DNA from: Anaerolineales bacterium
GTDB taxonomy: Bacteria > Chloroflexota > Anaerolineae > Anaerolineales > E44-bin32
Direction: 5' to 3'
DNA length: 64,000 nucleotides
NCBI GenBank assembly: GCA_004376895.1
Contig: SOIH01000164.1
Span: forward strand, 817-64,816
Numbering within the stretch: the stretch's first letter is position 1; every line of letters begins with the position of its first letter. The notes below the pieces were generated by a model, which saw nothing but the letters and a program-made list of their open reading frames with translations, did no database searches and was not told the DNA's origin. Positions 55,785 to 64,000 of the stretch are shown piece after piece. The translations under genes were made by a program, and so were the position numbers.

Positions 55785-56570
55785 TTACCATTTCGCATCG
55801 GGAAAAGTGTTCAATCCGGCATTCTTACCTATCTTTTTATACATAGTCACATCCGAATAGGGCTCTCCGAGGATACAATCATGAATTGCCCAACTCCTTC
55901 CGCGTATGCTGCGATAGAACGAAGACTTCCGAAAGGGCGTAGAGTCGTCCAGCTTTTTAAACAGATCGGAAGCAGGTTGGAATCCCGCATTAATCCGCAT
56001 CATTAAACGTCGACCTTTTTGATAAGAAAAACCATAACGTTCGAATACTATCGCGTTATGATAAGAGAGGGGTTCAATGAAGTACACATCATGTCCCAAA
56101 GCCTGCACGAATTCATCAAAGGCAGGGATTGCATGTTTTAGCAACCGCAATCCCTGGCGCACTTGACCAGGTGCTAGTCCGGCAATAACAGCTTTCTCCT
56201 CTTCGATAAGATTTCTGCGAAACACACCAAATTCGGTTGGCGTACCGTCGGGCATTTTGTCTACACCGAAGCGTGGGGAGTTTGGATCGTTTACTATGTA
56301 CAGCAATACATGGATCTGCCCATTCATCGTATCGGTGAGATGCGTGTAGAGCAGCGGATCTTGAGCCCCAAATTCGTGTCGCAAGTCGAGTACAACGTCG
56401 GTGCTGCCTTTGTTAGACCGCAAGTTGAGGAGTGACCTTCCATCAGCATCAATGAAGTCAGCTTGTATTTCGAACTGTTGGAGTAATTTATTTGGAATGA
56501 AACGTGTATAAATAGCCTCTTTTTCCTTTGGTGGAAGTTGATTAATGGAAGCAATTGATTTAGGTTTCAC
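55785..56570 (-). CDS. hypothetical protein, possibly acyl-CoA N-acyltransferase-like fold (very tentative)
   Basis: 261 aa. The GTG start forms a GTGA overlap with the smpB stop. APGQVRQGLRLLKHAI...YHNAIVFERYGF is reminiscent of the GNAT Q/RxxGxG/A ... YxxxGF layout, but I cannot assign a family. Confidence 0.55.
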   Translation of the reverse strand: MKPKSIASINQLPPKEKEAIYTRFIPNKLLQQFEIQADFIDADGRSLLNLRSNKGSTDVVLDLRHEFGAQDPLLYTHLTDTMNGQIHVLLYIVNDPNSPRFGVDKMPDGTPTEFGVFRRNLIEEEKAVIAGLAPGQVRQGLRLLKHAIPAFDEFVQALGHDVYFIEPLSYHNAIVFERYGFSYQKGRRLMMRINAGFQPASDLFKKLDDSTPFRKSSFYRSIRGRSWAIHDCILGEPYSDVTMYKKIGKNAGLNTFPDAKW

Positions 56571-57040
56571 CTTTTTCTCCTCGCTAAAGATCTCTCAATA
56601 TCACGGGCTACGTCCTTCTCGGCAATTTCTCGCCGTTTGTCATACTTGCGTTTCCCGCGGGCTAAAGCGATCTCTAATTTTGCACGACCATCTTTCAGAT
56701 ACATTCTTGTAGGTACAACGGTATAACCGCGTTGATGTATTTTTGCATCTAATCGTAAGATTTCCCTTCTGTGTAACAATAGCTTCCTACGCCGACGGGG
56801 ATCATGATTAAATGTACTTGCCGCCCGATAAGGCGCGATGTAAGCATTTACAAGCCAGGCTTCTTCTCCACTGATTTGAACATAAGCTTCCTTCAAACTT
56901 ACATTGCCTGACCTCGCAGATTTAATTTCAGTTCCACGTAATACAATCCCAGCCTCAAGACGATCCTCGAGGATGTAATCATGTGCCGCTTTTTTATTCC
57001 TTGCGATTGTTTTAAACGGGTCCTTCTTATCTTTGGCCAT
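56567..57040 (-). CDS. smpB: SsrA-binding protein SmpB
   Basis: KTIARNKKAAHDYILEDRLEAGIVLRGTEIKS...LLLHRREI...GKRKYDKR. Confidence 0.95.
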   Translation of the reverse strand: MAKDKKDPFKTIARNKKAAHDYILEDRLEAGIVLRGTEIKSARSGNVSLKEAYVQISGEEAWLVNAYIAPYRAASTFNHDPRRRRKLLLHRREILRLDAKIHQRGYTVVPTRMYLKDGRAKLEIALARGKRKYDKRREIAEKDVARDIERSLARRKR

Positions 57041-58250
57041 CTTCGCTCAGCTCCCGTAACCATTCTACAGCAACGGTTATAACATGATCCGCGCTTGATT
57101 CAATTTGTTCAACAACGATATCTGGAAGAAGGCCCATATTGTCAATAACATTACCGTTTGGAGTCAGCCAACGAGCAGACGTCACATGCAGGCTGGATCC
57201 ATCTCTTAATTCCAAAATCGCTTGTACAGATCCTTTGCCAAAAGTCACCTCGCCAAGTACTGGCGCTCGTCCATTGTCCTGAAGCGAAGCAACAACCACT
57301 TCCGCTGCACTCGCTGTCCCGGCATTTGCCAGAACGACCAAGGGAATTTCTGAAGCTAATCCTTTCTCGTTAACATAAAATACCTGGCTCTCCATTCCAC
57401 TACGCTCTTCAACGACTACTAGCCCATCCTCGAGAAATAGCCGTGCTGATTCTATTGATGCATCGAGCAGACCCCCAGAATTATTACGTAAGTCGAGAAT
57501 GATCGAACTTGCTCCTCGACTAATTAAATCCCTGTAAGCATCATCGAGTTCCCCTGGCGTTTTTTCGCTGAAACGCCGAATGGTAATAACGCCAATCCAT
57601 TGTTCTTCGGGGAGGAGATGGTGCATTACCGAGGGTAGGGGGATGATAGCACGTGTAATTTCAAACTCAAGATTGGTCTGCTGGGTAACCCGTTGGGCTA
57701 CTGTCAAGCGTATCACCGAACCTTCAGGTCCGCGAATACGAGTGATTACTGATTCAAGTGAGGTATCTTTGTTTATCAACACCCCATCAATTGCTAGCAA
57801 AATGTCACCCTCGAGGATACCTGCAGCTTCAGCTGGTCCCCCTTCTATCGGTACAAAGTAGAACTTGCCCTGTTCGCCTTTTGAGATTTCTGCTCCTATA
57901 CCTGCGTATTCTCCCGCCAGGTCGTCCGATTGAATTTCGTGTGCAGCAGGTTCGACGTATCTGCTATAAGGATCACGTAATACCCCCATCATGCCATGGA
58001 TCATCCCCCGCTCAAGCTCAAGGTCTTCAGGTAGAGGGTCGAGGTAATGTATCTCCAAGAGTCGCCTGGCTTCCTTTAACAGGATCAGTCGTTCAGAAGC
58101 AAGAGGCCAGATCTCGCGCGCACTATAACCAGCCGCGAATGAGAGAAGAGTAGCCCCGAAAAACCCTAGCGTTAGAAATGAAGCCCAGCGTTTTGACATT
58201 TTATTCCCAATACCCTGATTTCTTATCATATTCAATCCAAGCGGAATCAT
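57027..58250 (-). CDS. S41-family carboxy-terminal processing peptidase (start uncertain)
   Basis: PDZ (GILEGDILLAIDG), catalytic region SIILDLRNNSGGLL and SASAAEVVVASLQD...GKGSVQ. Alternative ATG at 58199. Confidence 0.85.
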   Translation of the reverse strand: MIPLGLNMIRNQGIGNKMSKRWASFLTLGFFGATLLSFAAGYSAREIWPLASERLILLKEARRLLEIHYLDPLPEDLELERGMIHGMMGVLRDPYSRYVEPAAHEIQSDDLAGEYAGIGAEISKGEQGKFYFVPIEGGPAEAAGILEGDILLAIDGVLINKDTSLESVITRIRGPEGSVIRLTVAQRVTQQTNLEFEITRAIIPLPSVMHHLLPEEQWIGVITIRRFSEKTPGELDDAYRDLISRGASSIILDLRNNSGGLLDASIESARLFLEDGLVVVEERSGMESQVFYVNEKGLASEIPLVVLANAGTASAAEVVVASLQDNGRAPVLGEVTFGKGSVQAILELRDGSSLHVTSARWLTPNGNVIDNMGLLPDIVVEQIESSADHVITVAVEWLRELSEDGQR

Positions 58251-58436
58251 AATACAAAATACCAGGGAAACTTTAATAAAAACAGATGTTTTTACGTACC
58301 GAAATCAAGAGCCATTGAGGAAAATCAAACCATGGTATAGGGGGGGTACGAATTTCATATAGCAGAATCGTGAATAGAACGTGATAATTAGTCGATGCTG
58401 CGAAGGAATTCCCTTTGTCAAGCATAGGGTTAGTCA

Positions 58437-59468
58437 ATGATAGAAGAGTCGAATACTCTAACAGATCATCAGGAAGAACCGATTAAGCTCCTCGTTGTTG
58501 AGGATGATCCTGCGATGCTCATTGCCTTTCAGGACGTACTCAAAGGCGCGGGTTTCGAAGTCATTACAGCTTCCAACGGGGAAGCCGCACTGGAGCTTCT
58601 TGTTCACACACAACCTGCACTGATCCTTTCCGATATCTCAATGCCGATAATGGATGGCTATAAATTATTTGAGGCCGTTCGCCGGCAACCGGGAGGGGCT
58701 ACTATACCTTTCATCTTCCTCACCGCCAGGGGTACCCGTGAGGACATCTTCGCCGGCAAATCATTAGGGGCTGACGATTACATCACAAAGCCCGTAACGA
58801 CCCAGGAACTCCTGTCCGCGGTTCGAGCAAGGCTCCAGCGCTCAAATGAACTTATGCTTGCCCAGCTAAAGGCCGCATATAAGGACAGCCTTTTTGTGTT
58901 GGCTAATGCCATTGAAGCCCGCGACTCCTACACACATGCACACATGAAGCGTTTAGGCCTGTACGCTAAGGTTCTTGGTGAACAATTAGGATGGGATGGC
59001 GCTAGGCTTGAAGTACTTGAGTTCGGCGCTATCTTGCATGATATTGGGAAAATTTACATACCTGAGTCGGTATTGCAAAAAGACAGTTCCCTCTCGGATG
59101 AAGAATGGGTAGAGATGCGGAAACACCCCGAAGTAGGCGCGTTAATGATCCGGGACGTCCCCTACCTTGCGAGCGCCATCCCACTTGTTTTGCATCATCA
59201 TGAACGCTGGGATGGTACAGGATATCCAGCTGAGCTCAACGGTGAAAATATCCCCGAGGGCGCCCGGCTTCTTGCAGTTGCCGATGCCTTCGACGCAATG
59301 ACGTCTGATCGGCCTTACCGACAGGCAATGTCCGGTGATGATGCTTACGCAGAGATCCGCACTGGTTCAGGAAAGCAGTTTGACCCAAATATTGTGCAAG
59401 CTATGGAAAAGTGCTGGGATTCGGGTGTAATCCATCAGATTATGAACAACTCCAACACAGAACTATAA
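58437..59468 (+). CDS. response regulator with HD-GYP c-di-GMP phosphodiesterase domain
   Basis: Receiver (LLVVEDDP...ILSDISMP...KP) followed by HDIGK and HHHERWDGTGYP. Confidence 0.85.
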   Translation: MIEESNTLTDHQEEPIKLLVVEDDPAMLIAFQDVLKGAGFEVITASNGEAALELLVHTQPALILSDISMPIMDGYKLFEAVRRQPGGATIPFIFLTARGTREDIFAGKSLGADDYITKPVTTQELLSAVRARLQRSNELMLAQLKAAYKDSLFVLANAIEARDSYTHAHMKRLGLYAKVLGEQLGWDGARLEVLEFGAILHDIGKIYIPESVLQKDSSLSDEEWVEMRKHPEVGALMIRDVPYLASAIPLVLHHHERWDGTGYPAELNGENIPEGARLLAVADAFDAMTSDRPYRQAMSGDDAYAEIRTGSGKQFDPNIVQAMEKCWDSGVIHQIMNNSNTEL

Positions 59469-59576
59469 ACCCCTTTAATAGCATATATTTCAAACACAAT
59501 ATTTGAAAGCGCTCATTTCTATTTCTCCGCAAGGTTGTATAATTCCAGCAATCCGCAGCCTGTAAATACGTTAAAC

Positions 59577-60488
59577 ATGTTGAAGAAAGATTATCTCCGC
59601 CAGATGTATGATCGACTGAACCTAGTTTCAAGAGGTTGGCTCGGCATTCTTGCGCTCTCGATCGAGCGATTCACAAAGGCACGCGCAGCAGCAGTCGCTG
59701 CCAGTCTCGCATATTATGCCCTCTTTTCTATCTTTCCATTCTTTCTTGCATTAATTGCTTCCGCTAGTTTTATCCTTAAGGAAGAAACCATATTTTCACA
59801 GGTTACAGAGCTTATTGTTAATTTTCTTCCAGTCTCTGAGACTCTGATAGAGGATAACCTGCAGACAGTTATTGCTCTACGTGGACCGGTTCGCATAATC
59901 GGTTTTATCGGTTTGGTGTGGGCTGGGACAGGTGTTTTTTCCAGTCTTTTTTACAACGTAAATATTGCCTGGCCGGATACAAAACCTCGTAATTTCATTC
60001 GCAATCGACTTGCCGGGCTCTCGATCATAACCTTTGTGATCGCACTTCTATCACTCTACATTTTCTTCTCAACCGTCTCTAATCTCCTTTCCCGCTTCGA
60101 CCTTTCAAAAATAGATTTCATAAATCTTGAATACCTTCCTGTTCAATCATTCATCACTCATTTCCTTTCATGGTTTGCCAAAGTATTTATATTCTTCATT
60201 CTCTTTCTATGGGCACCAAATACAAAAGTTCCTTGGCGTGCAGCGCTCGTTGGTGCCATGGTGTCTGGTTTGGGCTGGGACCTCGCCACAGCAGGCTTCA
60301 CCTGGTACGTTACAAGTGGTATTGCCACCTACGAACTCGTTTACGGCTCATTAGGAGCAATCGTAGCGCTCATGCTTTGGTTTTATATCATCAGTTTGGT
60401 GATACTTTATGGTGCGCACCTTGGAGGAGCAATCACGTCCTATCGCTCAGTGTCGGATATCGAAGTCCCGGATACCTACTTTGAATAA
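59577..60488 (+). CDS. YihY/BrkB-family membrane protein
   Basis: AASLAYYALFSIFPFFL...LPV...6 TM...YGSLGAIVALMLWFYI signature. The ATG at 59577 is preferred over the TTG at 59535. Confidence 0.8.
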   Translation: MLKKDYLRQMYDRLNLVSRGWLGILALSIERFTKARAAAVAASLAYYALFSIFPFFLALIASASFILKEETIFSQVTELIVNFLPVSETLIEDNLQTVIALRGPVRIIGFIGLVWAGTGVFSSLFYNVNIAWPDTKPRNFIRNRLAGLSIITFVIALLSLYIFFSTVSNLLSRFDLSKIDFINLEYLPVQSFITHFLSWFAKVFIFFILFLWAPNTKVPWRAALVGAMVSGLGWDLATAGFTWYVTSGIATYELVYGSLGAIVALMLWFYIISLVILYGAHLGGAITSYRSVSDIEVPDTYFE

Positions 60489-60729
60489 TCTTCCTTTTTC
60501 ATACGAACAACCCAGGATTATCCCCGTATAGAACAAACGTACGCCTCTACACACATTATTACCAGTACCTGTTTAGATTTAACCAAGATACATCAAACGA
60601 GCAGGGGGGTATGCTTGGTAACAGATCTCCCAATCTCATTATCAATGCTTTCCGAAAGAAGGTGTATCTGATTGCCTGGTTGTAAAGCCCTTCCTAATAA
60701 GTTTCAAAGAATATTGCTGGGGGAGGGGC

Positions 60730-60758
60730 TTGACCCAGCCCCAGTCTTATGCTAAATT
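60730..60758 (+). promoter_or_regulatory. candidate sigma70-type promoter upstream of the recombinase gene
   Basis: TTGACC (60730-60735), a 17-nt spacer, then TAAATT (60753-60758). About 77 nt upstream of the ATG. Confidence 0.4.
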
Positions 60759-60835
60759 CGTTATGGTTATGATAAGTACCATTATAATAAGCATACCTTG
60801 GAAAGCATTTATCTCTTCTATTGGAGTAAAAACCT

Positions 60836-61816
60836 ATGACGCGTATCTTTATCGTAGACTCCATTCTAGATTACTTAGGAACAATTGCGCTTGCACGCAG
60901 CGAAAATACAACTCGGACCTACCGCAATGCGCTTAATGCGTTCGAAGCAATGCTCAACGATTTAGGGATTGATCCTGCTGAAACTATGGCCTCGGCAGTA
61001 AAAGAAGATTGGATCGCTGATTTCGCCGCTGCGCTTAAATCATACGCGCCCGCAAGCGAGCGGCTCTACCTTACCGCTACAGCTGGCTGGTACGAGTACC
61101 TGGCTGCCGAAGAACTCGCCGAGATCAATCTCTCTCGTGTGCGAATGCTTATCCGACGGCGTGGACGCCGTCCCGGTCAGCGACTCCCCCAATTTCCGCG
61201 AAGGCAGATCGAGAATACGATTGAATACGCGAATAATCTCATCCACTCGGCAGTTGATGATGAACGAGCCCGCCTGCGTAATCTTCGAGACCGCGGCTTT
61301 CTTCTAACACTCGCCGATACGGGCCTCCGTGTTCACGAAGCCTGCAGCCTGCGACGTGCGGATATCGATTGGAATGAAGGACGAGCAATCCTGATCGGTA
61401 AAGGCGACCGGGAATCGATCGTGCGTTTCTCATCGCGCTCTCTTGCTGCGCTGAAGGATTATCTGCGACTAAGAGCTGAACTAGACGGCGGCAGCGGCCG
61501 TCCTCTGTCTTCGCTTCCACTATTTGCCCGCCACGATCTAGGAGCTGGGAAGAAAGTATTGCCAATAACAACGACAACTGGGCGTGCGATCGTCCACAAG
61601 CGTGTCCGTGAAGCGCTCGGCCCCGAAGCCGCCGGGACGATCACACCCCACTCCTTCCGGCATTACTTCGTTACGACAGTATTGCGCGGCTCCGGCGGCA
61701 ACCTGAAGCTTGCCCAGGAGCTCGCCCGGCACCGAAACATCGCCGTAACACAGCGCTACGCACATCTATCAGATGACGAGCTGGATCGCGGCTATCACGA
61801 TATTTTCGAGAAGTAA
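60836..61816 (+). mobile_element. tyrosine site-specific recombinase/integrase (Xer-like), lone gene
   Basis: N-terminal SAM-like core-binding part (TTRTYRNALNAFEAML). Catalytic residues are in ADTGLRVHEA (R), HSFRHYF (HxxR) and RYAHL (Tyr). Confidence 0.85.
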
Positions 61817-61910
61817 GATAGATTATTTTATATAAGGGATTTCTGATTTGACGATAGCACATGCGTGTTGCACGTGAGGAACACTCTCTAACACCTACTA
61901 CGACAATGCC

Positions 61911-62516
61911 TCAATGTAGCCTGATGACCACCTCTCCTACGCACTCTGGGTACTTAGCGGTAATGCCTTTGTAATAACCGCGGATGACCTTCAGGTCTTC
62001 CTCGATATCACCCGTCGTCTCCATCCGCGGACCTAAACCGCCCACTTTTCGACCATAATCTAAAAAAGCGAAAATAATTGGAACTGCAGCTTGGTGTGCA
62101 ATATAGTAAAAGCCGGTCTTCCAGTACTTTGTGTTGCTGCGGGTCCCCTCAGGGGTTATCCCAACAATGACCTGGTCTCGTGAACGAATCAACTCAACAG
62201 TCTGTTGGACCATATTCTTATGGGTACTGCGCTCTATGGGGATACCCCCCAACCGTTTTAATAATCCGCCTAAAGGCCAACGAAAAGCTTCCTTTTTCCC
62301 AAACCAGTTAAACTTTAATCCTAGAGCGAATATTACCCCCATAATGAAAAATAAATCCCAATTAGATGTATGCGGCGCCAGGATCGCAACAAACTTTTTA
62401 GGCAATAAGTGAATATCTCCCTCTGCCTTCCATCCCATTAATGCGATAAACCATAGAGCAAGTGTTTTAAGAATAATATTCACTTTTAGAGAACCCAGCT
62501 CATTGTTCATTACCAC
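61911..62516 (-). CDS. lysophospholipid (1-acyl-sn-glycerol-3-phosphate-type) acyltransferase
   Basis: N-terminal TM, HTSNWD (Hx4D), ITPEGTRS motif. GTG at 62516 or ATG at 62510. Confidence 0.8.
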   Translation of the reverse strand: MVMNNELGSLKVNIILKTLALWFIALMGWKAEGDIHLLPKKFVAILAPHTSNWDLFFIMGVIFALGLKFNWFGKKEAFRWPLGGLLKRLGGIPIERSTHKNMVQQTVELIRSRDQVIVGITPEGTRSNTKYWKTGFYYIAHQAAVPIIFAFLDYGRKVGGLGPRMETTGDIEEDLKVIRGYYKGITAKYPECVGEVVIRLH

Positions 62517-62607
62517 TTTTGATATCCCTCATTCCTAAAACATCGACTCAGATCGTACATAGTAAATATCGGTTGATAGTTACCCTTCCCGACCTTCACC
62601 ATCGATG

Positions 62608-62621
62608 CGAACATATGTTCT
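62608..62621. promoter_or_regulatory. Cheo-box-like palindrome (candidate LexA/SOS operator)
   Basis: CGAACATATGTTCT, with a perfect 12-bp palindrome GAACATATGTTC. 13/14 identity to the Gram-positive-type consensus CGAACATATGTTCG. Confidence 0.4.
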
Positions 62622-62892
62622 GTTTTTAACAACCCCTGCCCTCTCACAGATCACTGCAGGAATTGCATCCTATCCAGATCGGGCTCCCCCAATCTACAAT
62701 GGTGCCATCCAACCAGCAATCATTCTAACCCGCCTCTGTGACGACGGCTTTATCATCAACGAAGCCGATCTCGGACACGCAAGCTGAATAATTCTACCCG
62801 GATTGATTGGTAGACACTGGACTTTCACACTTCCCCCTTAACACCAGCCATGAGAAGACCGAGTTGCTCAGTGGTGGCGTCGCCTCGAGGGA

Positions 62893-63009
62893 TTATGCCC
62901 ATAATCTGACCCTCAGAAACAGCAATACTAACGCACCGACAGCCAGGGCTGCCAAAGTTGCTATTACAGGCAACAAAGCATCAACGAGCGCATTCAGTCG
63001 TGCTTGCAT
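62893..63009 (-). CDS. possible 38-aa single-TM peptide (below the ORF-track cutoff)
   Basis: ATG CAA GCA ... TGG GCA TAA encodes MQARLNALVDALLPVIATLAALAVGALVLLFLRVRLWA. GAGGAGGG lies upstream, but the spacing of about 12 nt is long. Confidence 0.3.
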   Translation of the reverse strand: MQARLNALVDALLPVIATLAALAVGALVLLFLRVRLWA

Positions 63010-63141
63010 GAATAGCAGTACCCTCCTCTGAATCGAGATCAAAGATAAAGATTGCTAATTACGAATATTGAATATATGCGTACACTTCACCGCTATGCCT
63101 AGAATGGGCGCAATTGTACTACCGAAGCGTCGGAAATACTG

Positions 63142-64000
63142 CTATTCGTTCACGATGAGCTTGGCGAGGATCTGCGCAGGGTGCAGCGCTAAGACATCCG
63201 CTCCATCATGAATCTGCGTTCGGCACGAGAGCCCTGATGCAGATATCTGCGCTCCCTGCCCTACTCCGTTTCGCACCGCGGGTAAAAGACGGGCTTCCGC
63301 GATCTCCATTGAGAGGGGGTAATGTTCAATTTCATAACCGAACGCCCCTGCCATCCCGCAGCACCCTGAATCTATCTCCTCGACATCAATTCCAGCCGCT
63401 TCAAACATAGCGTTTGACGGTTCTGAGCCTATCAACGCTTTCGAATAACAATGATTGTGGAATAAGACCGAGCCATCCGCTTCTCGGAATTGAATTCTAT
63501 CGATAGGGCGTGCATCTGAGCCACGCGATCGAACGAGAAATTCTTCAAAAGTAAATGAGTTCTTCGCAAGTTGTTTGGCGCGTGGGTCGTGCGGGAAGAA
63601 ATCCAGATACTCATCTCGAAGTGTAATGAGACAAGATGGTTCCAGGCCAACAACGGGAACTCCTGCTTCTACGTAGGGTGTTAGAACGCGAATGTTTGTC
63701 TCTGCAAGCGCTTTCGCTTCCTTCAATAGCCCTTTTGAGATCATTGGCCTCCCACAACATACCTGCTCGGAGACCAGGTTAACCCTATAGCCAGCCGCTT
63801 CCAGTACATCCACTGCAGCGATGCCAACCTCGGGATATTGGTATTGAGTATAAGTATCCAGGAAAAGTACGACTGTCTCTGTGAAACCCGGATCCGGATG
63901 TTTGGAGAACCACTCGCTGAAGGTCACGTTCGCAAAATGCGGCAGTGTCCGCTGCCGAGGAATCCCCACCAATTTCTCTTGAATCCACCGAAAAAAAATC
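63142..64000 (-). CDS. C-terminal CCG-domain (GlcF/HdrD-like Fe-S) part of a larger oxidoreductase; 5' end outside window
   Basis: Two CCG motifs (VCCGRPMISKG and GCCGMAGAFGYE). The frame stays open upstream of the TTG at 63972 to the window edge (..IFFRWIQEKLVGIPRQ..). Confidence 0.75.
   Translation of the reverse strand, partial: IFFRWIQEKLVGIPRQRTLPHFANVTFSEWFSKHPDPGFTETVVLFLDTYTQYQYPEVGIAAVDVLEAAGYRVNLVSEQVCCGRPMISKGLLKEAKALAETNIRVLTPYVEAGVPVVGLEPSCLITLRDEYLDFFPHDPRAKQLAKNSFTFEEFLVRSRGSDARPIDRIQFREADGSVLFHNHCYSKALIGSEPSNAMFEAAGIDVEEIDSGCCGMAGAFGYEIEHYPLSMEIAEARLLPAVRNGVGQGAQISASGLSCRTQIHDGADVLALHPAQILAKLIVNE

Noticed and set aside
60530-60543. A second Cheo-box-like site, AGAACAAACGTACG, upstream of the recombinase.
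   Set aside because: The right half-site is GTAC rather than GTTC and the flanks do not match. It is too degenerate to call by eye.
55269-61816. A tmRNA-targeted genomic island, given that an integrase lies 5 kb from ssrA.
   Set aside because: The integrase lies on the 5' side of ssrA, not beyond its 3' end. The intervening genes (smpB, S41 peptidase, HD-GYP regulator, YihY) are ordinary chromosomal genes. I saw no duplicate of the tmRNA 3' end (GGTTCGAATCCCGCC) near 60-63 kb.
62605-62787. The 60-codon ORF MRTYVLFLTT... as a real, SOS-regulated gene.
   Set aside because: It has no SD and no recognisable family, and its start codon is buried inside the palindrome. I kept it only as context for the operator finding.

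Overview
This is a gene-dense 64-kb chromosomal segment with about 60 protein genes on both strands. Intergenic gaps are short and several gene pairs share 4-nt ATGA/GTGA stop-start overlaps. Most of the content is housekeeping: dprA (partial), topA, greA, a dGTPase-like HD protein, nnr, mnmA, eno, radC, hisS, fmt, recJ, smpB, selB, glpAB, a mevalonate-pathway decarboxylase, RseP-type and S41 proteases, an L,D-transpeptidase, a GH3 glycosidase, a Ser/Thr kinase and an HD-GYP response regulator. I can place two RNA genes base by base: tRNA-His (GTG), with encoded G-1 and CCA, directly downstream of hisS, and a tmRNA (tag ANRTDYAALPVAA) downstream of smpB. Gene content (mevalonate decarboxylase, zinc-ribbon-extended TopA, STK/FHA signalling, Cheo-type SOS-box-like palindrome) suggests a Chloroflexota-like lineage, but that is inference only. 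I saw no rRNA, no CRISPR array, no transposase and no recognisable defence island. The only mobile-element hallmark is a lone tyrosine recombinase in a compositionally patchy stretch near 60-63 kb. I did not find a convincing self-contained novel multi-gene system. The observations most worth follow-up are: (1) an attenuator-like leader with three mutually exclusive helices and a short His-codon ORF in front of hisS, inside a colinear hutH-hisS-tRNA-His cluster; (2) an orphan pair of divergent NuoN/MrpD-like antiporter subunits plus a small membrane protein, followed by a coiled-coil protein and selB; (3) an uncharacterised gene translationally coupled to smpB and lying between smpB and ssrA; (4) a signal-peptide-bearing metallopeptidase with no canonical start codon; (5) a cysteine desulfurase remnant still coupled to mnmA; (6) a near-perfect Cheo-box palindrome in a 625-nt orphan gap. 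All functional calls rest on my reading of motifs in the supplied translations. No database search was run.
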